The notes beneath the pieces are model-generated. The model was not told where the DNA came from, ran no database searches, and saw only the letters and a program-made list of their open reading frames with translations. The translations under genes were made by a program, and so were the position numbers. DNA of 64,000 bases from Takakia lepidozioides (lineage: Eukaryota; Plantae; Bryophyta): NCBI GenBank assembly GCA_030704615.1, contig CM060732.1, forward strand, positions 2,790,001 through 2,854,000, in the 5' to 3' direction. Positions 25,910 through 36,719 of this stretch are shown here, piece by piece; the stretch's first letter is position 1; each line of letters opens with the position of its first letter.

Positions 25910-28243
25910 TTAAGAATCGGTTGTCACTTTTATTTTTCCATACGCGTATCTCGGTTGGATTGGATCTGGATGTGGCGTTTTGGTGGCAGGGTTGGTATTC
26001 ACCGTCCTGATGTGTTCCGTAGTCTTGTGTGATTTTTGTTCTTGGACATTACAATCAGTTTGTGGAGTCATGAACTGTAGTGAGTCTGTCTTGAATTTGG
26101 CTACCTGGATGTCTTCCAACTTAATGTTCCGAAGTATTATTAGTCATTGTAGGGAACGCAAACGAGATAGTGTGACGTAAATGTTGTACATGTTCAAGGG
26201 GTGCCCATCTGGTGGTTTTTGTAAGTCGACGATTATTCTGTCAAAAATTTTGTCTTGGCCTTTGTAGTGTGTAAGCAATAGGCGGATATCAGAGGCAATT
26301 GGTGGACCTGTTGATTTTGAATTTCTTTGGTTTTTTCAGTTCATCCTCCGTGTGGTGATAATCGAACGTTCTTGAAACGGGTGTAATGGGCACTACGTTG
26401 TCTGGGAGATTTTCTAAATTTACGTTGCTCAATGTTTGATGTTGACTAATGAATTTGCTGAAGTCGATTAATACATGATTTGGCAGGCGCATTAAATTAT
26501 CTCCGTACGATCCAATCGTCTTCTGATGTTGAGATTCCCACTATTTGTCCGACTGCACCGTTGACAAGCCCCAATCTAGGATACAAATTGTCGATTATCA
26601 TTCCTTTGTACAATCTCAAAAATGGAAGAAGGTTGTGGCTTCTATTCCCGAGTACGGTCTGCCGGATTGCGAATTGGATGTCGTCGCGGAGTGCGTGCTT
26701 CTTGTAGGTATCTGTGGCTACTATGGTGTAGGACGCGTGATTAGATTTACGTGTGTAGTATTCTATCAATTGGTGATTGATGGCGTTCTTTAACTGATTA
26801 CGAGGTACGATGTACGTTACTTTATCCCATAGTTCGTTAAAGAGGTTGATTTTCAGGTTCGACATGAATCTTGTCTGTAATAATTTAAAAATCCGTATGG
26901 GTGAAGTTGTCTTCGTGTAGATTCTGTAGCAATTTCGCATATTGTAGATCGTGGGCTTGTCTCATTTGCTGGGTCAACATGACTGTGTTAGGCCGTATGT
27001 AATTTTCCCATAGACTTTTGCCTGTAATTTTTTTCTGTGTGTATTTTGTGAATGTGAATATGGGCTGTATGTTCGTTGAATACAGAGGCACATCAGTAAC
27101 TGATGGAAATTGCATGAAATCGCCCATGAACATAATGTTAAGTCCTCCGAAGGGTAACATGTTCGATTTCAATTTTGTAATTTCATATGGATATCGGCGA
27201 TCATGTTGCATCCGACCATAGATACTTCGTCTATAATCAAATAGTATGTTCCAGACCATTCGTTTATGAAACTTTTTGTGTCGGATTTGTTTGTAATTGT
27301 CGTCATCTATGATATCCATTGATTCGTCTTTTGGAATTTATCTCAATTCTGAATTTTTGTGGTGAAGGTTAACGTTTTTGGATGACTGAGTTGCATTTGC
27401 GAACTTGTATAGTTTGTTGTCAATGTCAGTGGACGGATTTAATTTTGATTCGCGTAATATTTTCAACCATTTATTGATCTGGGTTCTATTTGATTTTTTG
27501 GACGCAGTTTGGATCATTTCTTACGTTACTTGGTTGTGGTGATATTTCCCCATTGGCATCCGTAATGAGCTTGTTGGTAACCTCGGTCACATATTTGTTT
27601 TCGCTTGTATTGCACATAAGATATTCAATTTGTAACTTCTGGCCTTTTGTGACTATGTCTTATGTATGTTGTTGTGATGCCGAATTGTCATCCACATATA
27701 TATGGTTGTGTTCGTGCATTTTGTCTGGTATCTCATTGTATAAGGGGTCGATGTTGATGTCTTCTGGATTCACGTCATCATCTGGATTTTTGTTCTTCAG
27801 TAACAGTCTGTCAAAGTCTCGTGATTCTTTGCATTCATGCAACATATCGATATTTGCAATGATTTTTCTTTTGAATTCCGAACATATTGGATATAGTTCG
27901 TCAAGAGTTTCTTCCCAACTTTGTTGTGATCTTAGCTTTAAGCCGTGGATAGATCTCCATGGCATGAACATAATACAAATAGTGCGAGCATACGTTGCCG
28001 CATCATTTTTTTTCGAAGGTATTTTGTAGCCTTGTATTACTGGCACTTTGATTATCTGAGATTCATACACACTGTGGGTGTCACATTGCGGATGTTCATG
28101 CATGAATTTGTAATAGTACGGACTTTTCACCTAGCATGATTTACTGGAGAACTTGTAAGGTGACATTTCCCCAAACTTGTGTGGCCTGCTTGGGTAGTCT
28201 ATGTGGAAATTATACATAATTAACTTGTCGTTCTGTTCGGATC
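25910..28243 (-). mobile_element. Helitron-type RepHel remnant (PIF1 helicase)
   Basis: PIF1 motifs PFGGLNIMFMGDFMQFPSV, MLTQQMRQ, LGLVNGAVGQIVGI, YKGQDKIFDRIIVDL and IYVTLSR. Upstream linker ICIMFMPWR. Frameshifted and cut by CACTA at 28244. Confidence 0.85.
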
Positions 28244-28860
28244 CACTACTAGAGAAAGCGGTTTTTTCAACGGCTCTTCTCACACATTTTGGTGTAAAAA
28301 GAGCCCGAGTTCACCCCCCCCCCGGTGTTAGGTTAACCCAGTCTTTTGCGCCAGGTGTGAACTTTCTTGGTCCTGTGAAAAAAACCATCTCACACCAAGT
28401 TCACACCGGACGTGGCAGGAGGTTTAGGTGGCTCTTTTGACGGATATTTTGACGGCAATTTTGACTAACTATTTCAAGTAGTAGTTTGACTAAGTATTTT
28501 TAACGGCTCTTTTTACGGCTTTTATTACAACACTTTGTCACCATGTTTGCCACATGTCTGTCAGCGAAAATGCCACACTGGACAAAAACTAATGTAATAA
28601 TTTTTTATTATTAAAGATAGGTGATAATACTAATAACGATAAATATTATTATGATGGTAGTTTATATATTTTTATATAAAAACGAAACGGCGCCCCCCAA
28701 GAGCCAATGATCATTTTTTTTAAATATTTATTATCAATAATAATAATAATAATAATAATAATACATATTAGCCACATTAACAGACCTACTATTAAGTTTT
28801 AGATATAACAAAAAAATCAACAATAATATCATATTATTCACATTTATATATGCAAAATGG
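28244..28860. mobile_element. CACTA terminus
   Basis: CACTACTAGAGAAA terminus with ACGGC and CACC/GGTG subterminal repeats. Confidence 0.65.
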
Positions 28861-28866
28861 GGACAT

Positions 28867-31047
28867 GTGCTTGATGTGGGAAAAATAAAATTACAAGATG
28901 AAATAGTGGCTGGGTGGACCATCACAGCTGAAGAGCAAGTGAGGGAAGTTAATGTGGGAACTGAGGATGAACCAAGAATGGTAAAAGTAAGGGCTGGCTT
29001 GGAACTTGAATTCTTTGAGGAAGCTAAGAGCTTATTCATCAAATACAAAGATGTATTTGCTTGGAGCTATGAAAATTTGAAGGGGATACCTCCTGAGATT
29101 TGCCAACACAAGATTGAGTTGGAACCAGGTTCAGTACCAATTGAACAGGCAAGGTACAAAATGAATCCCAACTATGTACAGAAGGTTGGGGAGGAATAAA
29201 GAAGTTGGCTGAGGCTAAGTTCATATACCCGATAGAGTACACAACTTGGCTATCACCCATTGTGATAGTTCCAAAGAAGAATGACAAGCTGAGAGTTTGT
29301 ATTAACTACAAGAAATTAAATGATTGCACAAAGAAAGATCCATTCCCTTTGTCATTCAAAGAAGTTGTGCTAGATATAAAATGTACTTATTCATGGAGGC
29401 TTCAGTGGGTATAACCAAGTACAAGTAGCTGAATCTAGGATCAGGGAAAAACTGCTTTCATTACTGATTGGGGTGCTTATGCATACAAAGTCATGTTTTT
29501 TGGACTTTGTAATGCACCAACAACTTTCCAAAGAGTAATCAATACTGAATCTTTCCATGAGTACTTAGATGACTTCATGCAGGTGTTCTTAGATGATTTC
29601 AGTGTTTATAGCTCTAAGAATGAACACTTGCAGAAATTGGAATTATGCTTAGCCAGATGCAGGATGAGAGGCCAGAAAAATGTACTTTCTGTGTGAACTT
29701 AGGAGTTCTTCTTGGACACATTGTGTGTCAGAAGGGACTACACCCTAAAAAGACAGAGGCTATTAAAGCATCACCACCACCAGCTAATGTTAAGGCTCTA
29801 AGGAGGTTCCTTGGACAAACCAATTATTATAGAAGGTTTGTCAGACGATATGCACAAAAGGCTGCACCATTGAGCAAACTCTTGAAGAATGATGCAGTGT
29901 ATACATGGACAGCGGAATGCCAACAGGCCTTTGAGGAACTTACATTGTCAGTCACAACTACACTTGTGCTGATTAACCCTCATTGGCATATGGTATTTCA
30001 TGTACATTGTGATGCCTCAGGAGAAGCATTGGGAGCTGCGTTAGCTCAAAACGTCACACTAAACATGTATACTATGCTAGTAGGTTATTGAACAGTGCTG
30101 AAAGGAACTATAGCACCACCAAAAGATAAGCTTTGGCAATGATTTATTCAGTCAAGAAGTTTAGACATTATCTGATGGGAAGGAAATTCATGTTCTATGT
30201 GGATCATCAGGCTCTGATTTATTTGGTGAACAAGCCTTTGATAGGTGGAAGAATAGCAAGATGGCTAATTATACTACATGAGTTTGAATTCGAAGTTGTT
30301 TACAAACCTAGACAGTTGCATCTTGTGGCAGATCACTTGTTACGCCTCGCAACAGGAGAACCCGCCACAGGGGTGGACAATCAATTACCTGATGCTAGTC
30401 TATTTGCAGTAGAAGTTGGGGTTGATGATTGGTTAGATTGGTAGTGGCCAATCAGATACTATTTGACTCATGGACAGTGCCCACCTAGTTATAGGAAGGA
30501 GCAGAGAACGAGAATAGTCATCAAGGCTTTACCATACACTATGATAGGAGGAAAACTTTATAAGCTCTAGGACCTGATGGAGTACTTAAGATATGTTTAT
30601 ACCAACATGAAGCCAATAAGGTTTTGGAAGAAACTCATAAGGGAGTGGCTGGAGGACACTTTGGAGAGGAGACAACTAGTAGAAGGATATTACTTGCAGG
30701 ATACTGGTGGCCTACATTATTCAAGGATATACACAATTTTTGCAAAAGCTGTGATGAGTGCCAAAGATTAGGACCATTGCAGAGATAAGAGAAGATGGCT
30801 TTACATCCTACAATGCCTACTGAACCATTCCAGAAATGGGGATTGGATTTTGTTGGCCCAATCAACCCACCTGCAAGAAACACACAGAACAAGTATATAA
30901 TCACAGCCACTGATTATACTACTAAGTGGATAGAAGCCAAAGCACTGCGGGATAACACAGCGAAATCCACATTTATGAGAACATAATCACAAGATTTGGC
31001 TGTCCCTTAGAGTTCATCAGTGTCAGGGGAGTCATTTCATCAATGAG
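28867..31047 (+). mobile_element. Ty3/Gypsy pol (RT-RNaseH-IN), host element, 5' part
   Basis: WLSPIVIVPKK..LRVCINYKKLN, FLDDF, HCDAS, the IN zinc finger and [12 protein letters not shown]. Many stops and frameshifts. Confidence 0.93.
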
Positions 31048-32066
31048 TGTCGCGCGGCTTTTACTCACCCATCCCTTCGCTATCCGAGGCGGAAACTCCA
31101 AGATAGAAGAGTTGGAAATCTCTAAGTACTCAGCCCGCTCAGAACAATCAGTCATGACCTACAGCTAGTGTATCATGGGGGTGTTTCCTATTTGATTTCC
31201 TTTCCGCATTCATGTTAACTAGTTACCTTACTGCTGGTAATTAAGTATCAGTTTGCTTCATCAATTTATCGGATTCCATCAACTCATCCATTCATTCCAC
31301 AGCTTCACTCAGATCTCTCTACACAGTGTGAGTATGAAGTGTGTATCAGATTAATAGCTATCAAGTATCAGGCTGAAGCCATGGAGTCTCTAATCTGCTC
31401 TACATTACAATTCTACTGCCTACATTCATTAAGCATCAACAGATCCTCCTCCTACTCCCTCTCTTCATCTTTCTGCTCAGAGATACGCTCTCTCCTCCTT
31501 TCTCCCAGTGATGTCCGAAGTCTTTTTCCCCCCCGAAGTGCCCAAGAATCCTCCCATTTTCAGTCCTTGCTTCTAGCTTTATCTTCCTACCCGTTGTTCT
31601 AACCGTTTCCCTCACTAACCGTCGTCTGTGAACTAACATGTTCCATTCGCAGGTGTTGTTCCCCACAGTCGTTCCCTGTCCGGCTATCCGTTCCCTATGG
31701 TCGTGACAGCTGTGTCAAGCTGTGACTGGTTGTGTGAAACTGTGACGGGCTGTGACGGGCTCTGTTGGCTGTGATGGGTTGTGTCGGCTGTGACGAGCTG
31801 TGTTGACTGTGTCTGGCTGTGTCTGGCTGTGTCGGCTGTGTTGGCTGTGACAGACTGTGTTGGCTGTGATGGGCTGTGTTGACTGTGTCGGCTGTGTTGG
31901 CTGTGACGGGCTGTGTCGGCTGTGTCGGCTGTGACGGGCTGTGTCACCCCCCCCTAAAGTGCGCTGCTGTCACCCCTAAGGCTCCTGTTGGTCTCAGTCT
32001 GTGCAAAAATTAAGGGTACCCCACAGATTCCGTATAAGTGTCTAAGTCCCAGACAGTCCTCTAACA
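31048..32066 (-). repeat. 3' LTR (1019 bp)
   Basis: Direct repeat of 43134-44153. Contains a GCTGTG-type repeat tract at 31705-31945. Confidence 0.95.
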
Positions 32067-32083
32067 TTACCCCTTCCCCTCTC
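32067..32083 (-). promoter_or_regulatory. Polypurine tract
   Basis: Minus strand GAGAGGGGAAGGGGTAA abuts the 3' LTR. Confidence 0.85.
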
Positions 32084-32104
32084 AAAAAGTCGTGTCCTCA
32101 CGGT

Positions 32105-33013
32105 TTACTGATTGGGATTAGCAAACCTTTGTGAGCGAGCACCTTTCTGACGTTGAGAGTTTCGTGGCGGACTGTGTGTACGAGCCCAAGGTCTGTCACT
32201 GGTTGACGGAGATGATTGAACACTACCTGGATATGTGAGGCCCTCTGGAGGCCGATATCGAGGTAACCTTTCAGGCATAGGAGACCCCCGTCGCTTCTTT
32301 TCTGCCATCTGAATTGCATAGTCTTCTCCCATGTCAAAAGAGTCCGCTGAAGAAACAGTTGTATCAGAATCCTCATTGCCTCTCAGCTGTTTTAATTGTC
32401 GAACTTTTTGTGGAATCCTCTGGGGCATACAATGTTGTCCTACCATGTCTGGAAGTTTATATTTTAAAACTTGTTGTAAACGCTGAATGGCAAAATTGGT
32501 GAAGACCCTGAGCTCATTTTCTGTCCAGGTGAGTGGGGTACCAATGACTTGTGAATTGTGCAAGTATTTCCATGCCACATGTCCCTTATAGAAAATATCA
32601 TCAATGCCGAATTTCTGTGTTGACAAATTGTTGCAGGCCGCATGAAACCATGAACGAATTTGAGAATCCTTTTGTATCATAACTTTTGCCTCATATAGGT
32701 ACATATGAGGTGGCACTGAAGGTAAGACCCAATGATCCCCACTGGAATAACTCAGAAAGCGCGATTGCATCTTGTGCTGCTCAATGTGATAACGTACCAG
32801 AAAACAAGCAGCGTAGTATAACCCACATCCCATGACAACACTTGCTACCTCCTTGGTCTTGGTACAAATGAATCCATGTACAACTTGGAAAGCAATTAAT
32901 TCCTTCAACATGGTACCTGCCTCATGCCAGTACTGTGCAAAGTGATGATCCTCAATTGGTCGATTGTTCGGAAGAACTTTAGTCCTAGTTGCCACTGGCA
33001 GCCATATGCGCAT
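32105..33013 (-). CDS. Retrotransposon extra ORF, distal part (302 aa), unknown function
   Basis: Open 302-aa frame between the 887-aa ORF and the PPT. Possibly a frameshifted continuation of that ORF. Confidence 0.6.
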   Translation of the reverse strand: MRIWLPVATRTKVLPNNRPIEDHHFAQYWHEAGTMLKELIAFQVVHGFICTKTKEVASVVMGCGLYYAACFLVRYHIEQHKMQSRFLSYSSGDHWVLPSVPPHMYLYEAKVMIQKDSQIRSWFHAACNNLSTQKFGIDDIFYKGHVAWKYLHNSQVIGTPLTWTENELRVFTNFAIQRLQQVLKYKLPDMVGQHCMPQRIPQKVRQLKQLRGNEDSDTTVSSADSFDMGEDYAIQMAEKKRRGSPMPERLPRYRPPEGLTYPGSVQSSPSTSDRPWARTHSPPRNSQRQKGARSQRFANPNQ

Positions 33014-33037
33014 GATTTGATAGTAATGTGCGAATGA

Positions 33038-35701
33038 CTACGGATGACTAAATTCTTTCCAAACCAAATCCAACACAATGGGAATTTGGTTGAAGGGCAT
33101 AATCATAGCCCTACTGTACTCCCTTGCAGCTGGAGTTTTTGGTGGGTTAAAAGCAGCATTGCCCCATACGTCAGGCTGTGGTGGCTGTGGTATGGCTGTA
33201 GTAACAACAGGGTCAGCTACTGGCACAGTGACTTGTTGTGGTGTTGGTGGCACTGGCTCTTGTATCATTGGCATCTCCTGCACCTGTTGTGAAGAAGATT
33301 GAAAAGCCAAAGTTCTGGCTTGTAAATAAGAAGCCATTAGCTGTTCCTCAGGTATATAGACTCTTTTGTCGATATCTGAAGTTAGGTCCTCCACTTGAGT
33401 CTGCAGTCCGTCTACATCCTCCTGTAACTCTGCTATCCTACTATAGACATTGTCTATAGTAGTTGTGGCAATGTTCTGCACTTGCAGTCTGAGCTCATTC
33501 ATCTCGCTTTGGGTGAGCTTTCGTGGTGCTTTGCCCTCCACTGGCCCTTGTGCTAACCAGACCTGCATAAGGTGGTTATCCACCAAGTTGCTTGTGGTTC
33601 CTCTGAGAGTGTGCTCCTCTCTGAGTTTGTACACATCTAACTGCTGTTGTAAAGCCTTCATGCGCTTTGCATGAGGTTCAACCAAATTCGCATAAGCAGC
33701 AAGCAGATTATTGGCTTCCTTCCAAGCCTTGTTAGTGACCGAGATTTCATTTCTATTGGCCATGACCGTTTGTTGCAACTCCAGGATGTGCCTCTCTTGG
33801 TCAGCTTCAACCTGCCTGTATTGCTTGAAAGTATCCTCATTGCGACAGATTGTATTCTTCATATCGACAATGAGTTTCATTTGCTCTACATTCTCTTCTT
33901 CTGCCTTCGTACATTTTTCCGCTTGACTGTTTATTTCTTTTGTAGATTGGTCAAGCACAGTTGTGAGTGTAGCACATTGTATGGCCATCCTGTCAAGCAC
34001 TGTCTGCAACTCCATATGTAGTGCATTCACTTCTTGCAACTTGCTTTCATGCTTCACCTGCATTTGGTATAGCTGTTGCTTATGTGCTTCGTGCAAGTGT
34101 TCTTGTGCGAGGCCTGCCTCAATCAATTGTTCCTTGGCCATTTGCAAAGCCGCTTCTGTACTCTCCAAGTTTTGCTGCATTTTGATAGTGACCTCTTCAT
34201 CGACCTTGTTTGCACACTCTGTGGCAAGTCGAGCCTCAAACTCTTGCCTGAGTTCCTCCCTCAAAGCTGCTAATTGAGTAGTGGGAACATGGGATTTGAC
34301 ATAAGTACCCAACAAATTCAATGTCTTGCTTATGGAACTCATAAGCATAGCCTGTTGAGGGTCATCATGGTGAGCTTGTTGTTGTTCTCCCTGATCCTCA
34401 ACAGTGTGATGCCTTATGAACCATTCAGGCCATTGCCCCACCAGATTTTCTTCCTGAACCACTTCATCCGTCACTGGTGCTGCAGTGTCTTGGCATTCTA
34501 CCTGTGGTACCTCCGTCACAGGTGTGTGTATTATATGCGCCGCAGGGTTTCCCTTGGACAATCGTTGCACCTCCAGAATCACTGTGTCCTTGACCATACC
34601 AGAATATTCATAGAGAAGGTCCCCTTTCTCTATTTCTGCCACCACCTGTTCTGTAGTGGGAATATCTAACCCTTCTTTTTCTAAATCAATTATTTCTGGT
34701 TGAACTGCATGGACAACTTGTGATAACCATGTGACAAGCCGATCCTCTGGCTGTGATGGCTGTGATACTGAAGTAACTTCCTCTTCCCTCTCTGAAGGTC
34801 CTGCTTCCAGTAATAGCAGTTCTCTGTGCTGCTGTGCCCCTTCCTGCACAAAAACTTGGGAAACATTATCATGCGGATTCCGTGAAGCCAGTGGATCCGC
34901 CACTACAGTCTTTCCCCGCCTCTGTCTCTTATTCTCGGGTTGCCCTGCCAGTCCACCCTCACTGTGTGAAGAGCCTTGCTCTTCCATTGTAGTGGTTTCT
35001 GGCTCAAACACTCCCATCTCCTTTCTTTCTCGCACATCAAGTATGCCAGAATCAAGAATGATTTGAGCAATGATTGGGCCAGACACTATGATAGGAGACA
35101 GGGCTTTGAGTATTTCCTCTGTGAAGGATCTGCTCAAATACTGTTGGTTCTGTTTCATGGCAAACAGAACGTTCAATATCTGGCCTACCTCCTTTAGCCC
35201 TGGGTACACGGCCTTGGTACAAGCATAACCCTGAGTTTTAAAGAAACTCCCTTCTTGGAATAAGTCCCCTATTTGCAGTCTTGCCCTGTGCTCCTCCACA
35301 TGCACCTGGCCTGCTGGCAATCGAAACAATTGCTGGAGGTATAGGGGAGTAATTACTAATTCAACTCCCTTCACCGTTGTTGCTCCTGTCCTTGGCTCAA
35401 AGTTCTGCAAGAATTGTAACATGTACTGTCTATGGTGCAATGTCCAATCTTTGCTTTGCAATCCTTGCAATCTCAGCTCCTTCAGTATCTGTATCGCCTC
35501 TGGGGTAGCAATCGTTTGTTTCTGCATAATTGTGGTGCTCTTCACCCTGATTTCCTCCATTCCTCTCACTCTCTTCATTCTAGACCCACAGAAATGTTTT
35601 GGCTGTAACAACTGAAGAAATGCCTGTAGTGCACAAAGCATAAACGTATGGTTGCCACAAAAAACTATGGGTAATTTCTTGTAAGCCTGCGGGGCTTGCA
35701 A
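33038..35701 (-). CDS. Retrotransposon extra ORF in env-like position (887 aa, long coiled coil)
   Basis: Uninterrupted ORF with an E/Q/K-rich heptad region. N-terminus is conserved in the host element (45610-46120). Confidence 0.8.
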   Translation of the reverse strand: MQAPQAYKKLPIVFCGNHTFMLCALQAFLQLLQPKHFCGSRMKRVRGMEEIRVKSTTIMQKQTIATPEAIQILKELRLQGLQSKDWTLHHRQYMLQFLQNFEPRTGATTVKGVELVITPLYLQQLFRLPAGQVHVEEHRARLQIGDLFQEGSFFKTQGYACTKAVYPGLKEVGQILNVLFAMKQNQQYLSRSFTEEILKALSPIIVSGPIIAQIILDSGILDVRERKEMGVFEPETTTMEEQGSSHSEGGLAGQPENKRQRRGKTVVADPLASRNPHDNVSQVFVQEGAQQHRELLLLEAGPSEREEEVTSVSQPSQPEDRLVTWLSQVVHAVQPEIIDLEKEGLDIPTTEQVVAEIEKGDLLYEYSGMVKDTVILEVQRLSKGNPAAHIIHTPVTEVPQVECQDTAAPVTDEVVQEENLVGQWPEWFIRHHTVEDQGEQQQAHHDDPQQAMLMSSISKTLNLLGTYVKSHVPTTQLAALREELRQEFEARLATECANKVDEEVTIKMQQNLESTEAALQMAKEQLIEAGLAQEHLHEAHKQQLYQMQVKHESKLQEVNALHMELQTVLDRMAIQCATLTTVLDQSTKEINSQAEKCTKAEEENVEQMKLIVDMKNTICRNEDTFKQYRQVEADQERHILELQQTVMANRNEISVTNKAWKEANNLLAAYANLVEPHAKRMKALQQQLDVYKLREEHTLRGTTSNLVDNHLMQVWLAQGPVEGKAPRKLTQSEMNELRLQVQNIATTTIDNVYSRIAELQEDVDGLQTQVEDLTSDIDKRVYIPEEQLMASYLQARTLAFQSSSQQVQEMPMIQEPVPPTPQQVTVPVADPVVTTAIPQPPQPDVWGNAAFNPPKTPAAREYSRAMIMPFNQIPIVLDLVWKEFSHP

Positions 35702-36289
35702 GCATCGCTCAAGAGAAAAGATCCGCTGTTGCGTCCCTATGCCACTGCGTAAGTAATATTGCGAGCGTATAGTCTGTTAGTTCCTCCATAGCTTCAAAGC
35801 TATAGCATTGATGGTTTGTCCCGTCAAGACGCCCGTTACTCAGAACGACGCCGACTCTTGCGCTTAATTTCCCTCCAATTTCTTGATCCCTTCTCTGGCT
35901 TTCTATTGGCTGTAACCGCTGTGACTGGATTTTAGATTTAATTTTCTTTAGTGGACTTTCCCTGCTGGACTGTCCACTAGGATAACACATGTGACAAGAA
36001 TTCGCTTTTCTGTACTTGTCGTTTGTTCTGTTGCCCCTTTTCTGTATTCATTAATGGGCCCGCCATTCATCCAATTTGACGCACTGATTAGGTATTTTGA
36101 TGGCCATTCTTGTCCCTTTTCTTGATTACATCCGTTCTTGCACTTCCTTCTCAGCTGTGTGTTGCGCCTTGACTTCCACGTGTCCCTTTGTAAACTGGTT
36201 TCCGTCCTTTCTTCCGCCGGCCATTTCTCTGAAGTTATCCTGCGTCCACCTGTCACTGATTCTATGGATTGTGTATCCCTAGTAGGCTG

Positions 36290-36575
36290 TGTTAAGCTGT
36301 GATAGGCTGTGTCATACTGTGGTATGCCGTGATAGGCTGTGATACACTGTGGTAGCTGTGATAGGCTGTGATGCACTGTGGTAAGTTGTGATAGGTTGTG
36401 ACACGCGTGTGGTAGGCGTGATAGGCTGTGTACTGTGGTAGCTGTGATAGGCTGTGATGCACTGTGGTAAGCTGTGATAGGTTGTGACACGCTGTGGTAG
36501 GTCGTGATAGGCTGTGTTGCGCCGTGTTGGGCTGTGATAGCTGTGTCAGTCGTGTGAGGGCTGTGATAGGCTGTG
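36290..36575. repeat. Tandem short repeats (GCTGTGATAG / CTGTGGTA)
   Basis: More than 15 CTGTG-centred units between IN and the extra ORF. Confidence 0.85.
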
Positions 36576-36719
36576 TCTCGCTTGTTCTGCCCGCCCTGGT
36601 CATATATGCTCGGCCTAGCGACAAGTGCTCCATACTCCGTTGGTAACACTGGCGCAGCCCGTGACTGCTTTTGCTTTTCAACATGCAAATCATGCTGCAA
36701 TGGTTTGTCATGGATACCA

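Noticed and set aside
11507-28860. One large CACTA element spanning both CACTA termini
   Set aside because: Both ends read CACTA on the plus strand (same orientation) with different subterminal repeats, so they cannot be a TIR pair.
35948-36700. Long C-terminal integrase extension or chromodomain
   Set aside because: It is translation of a tandem repeat tract, and the host element stops shortly after GYSGIHDRPL.
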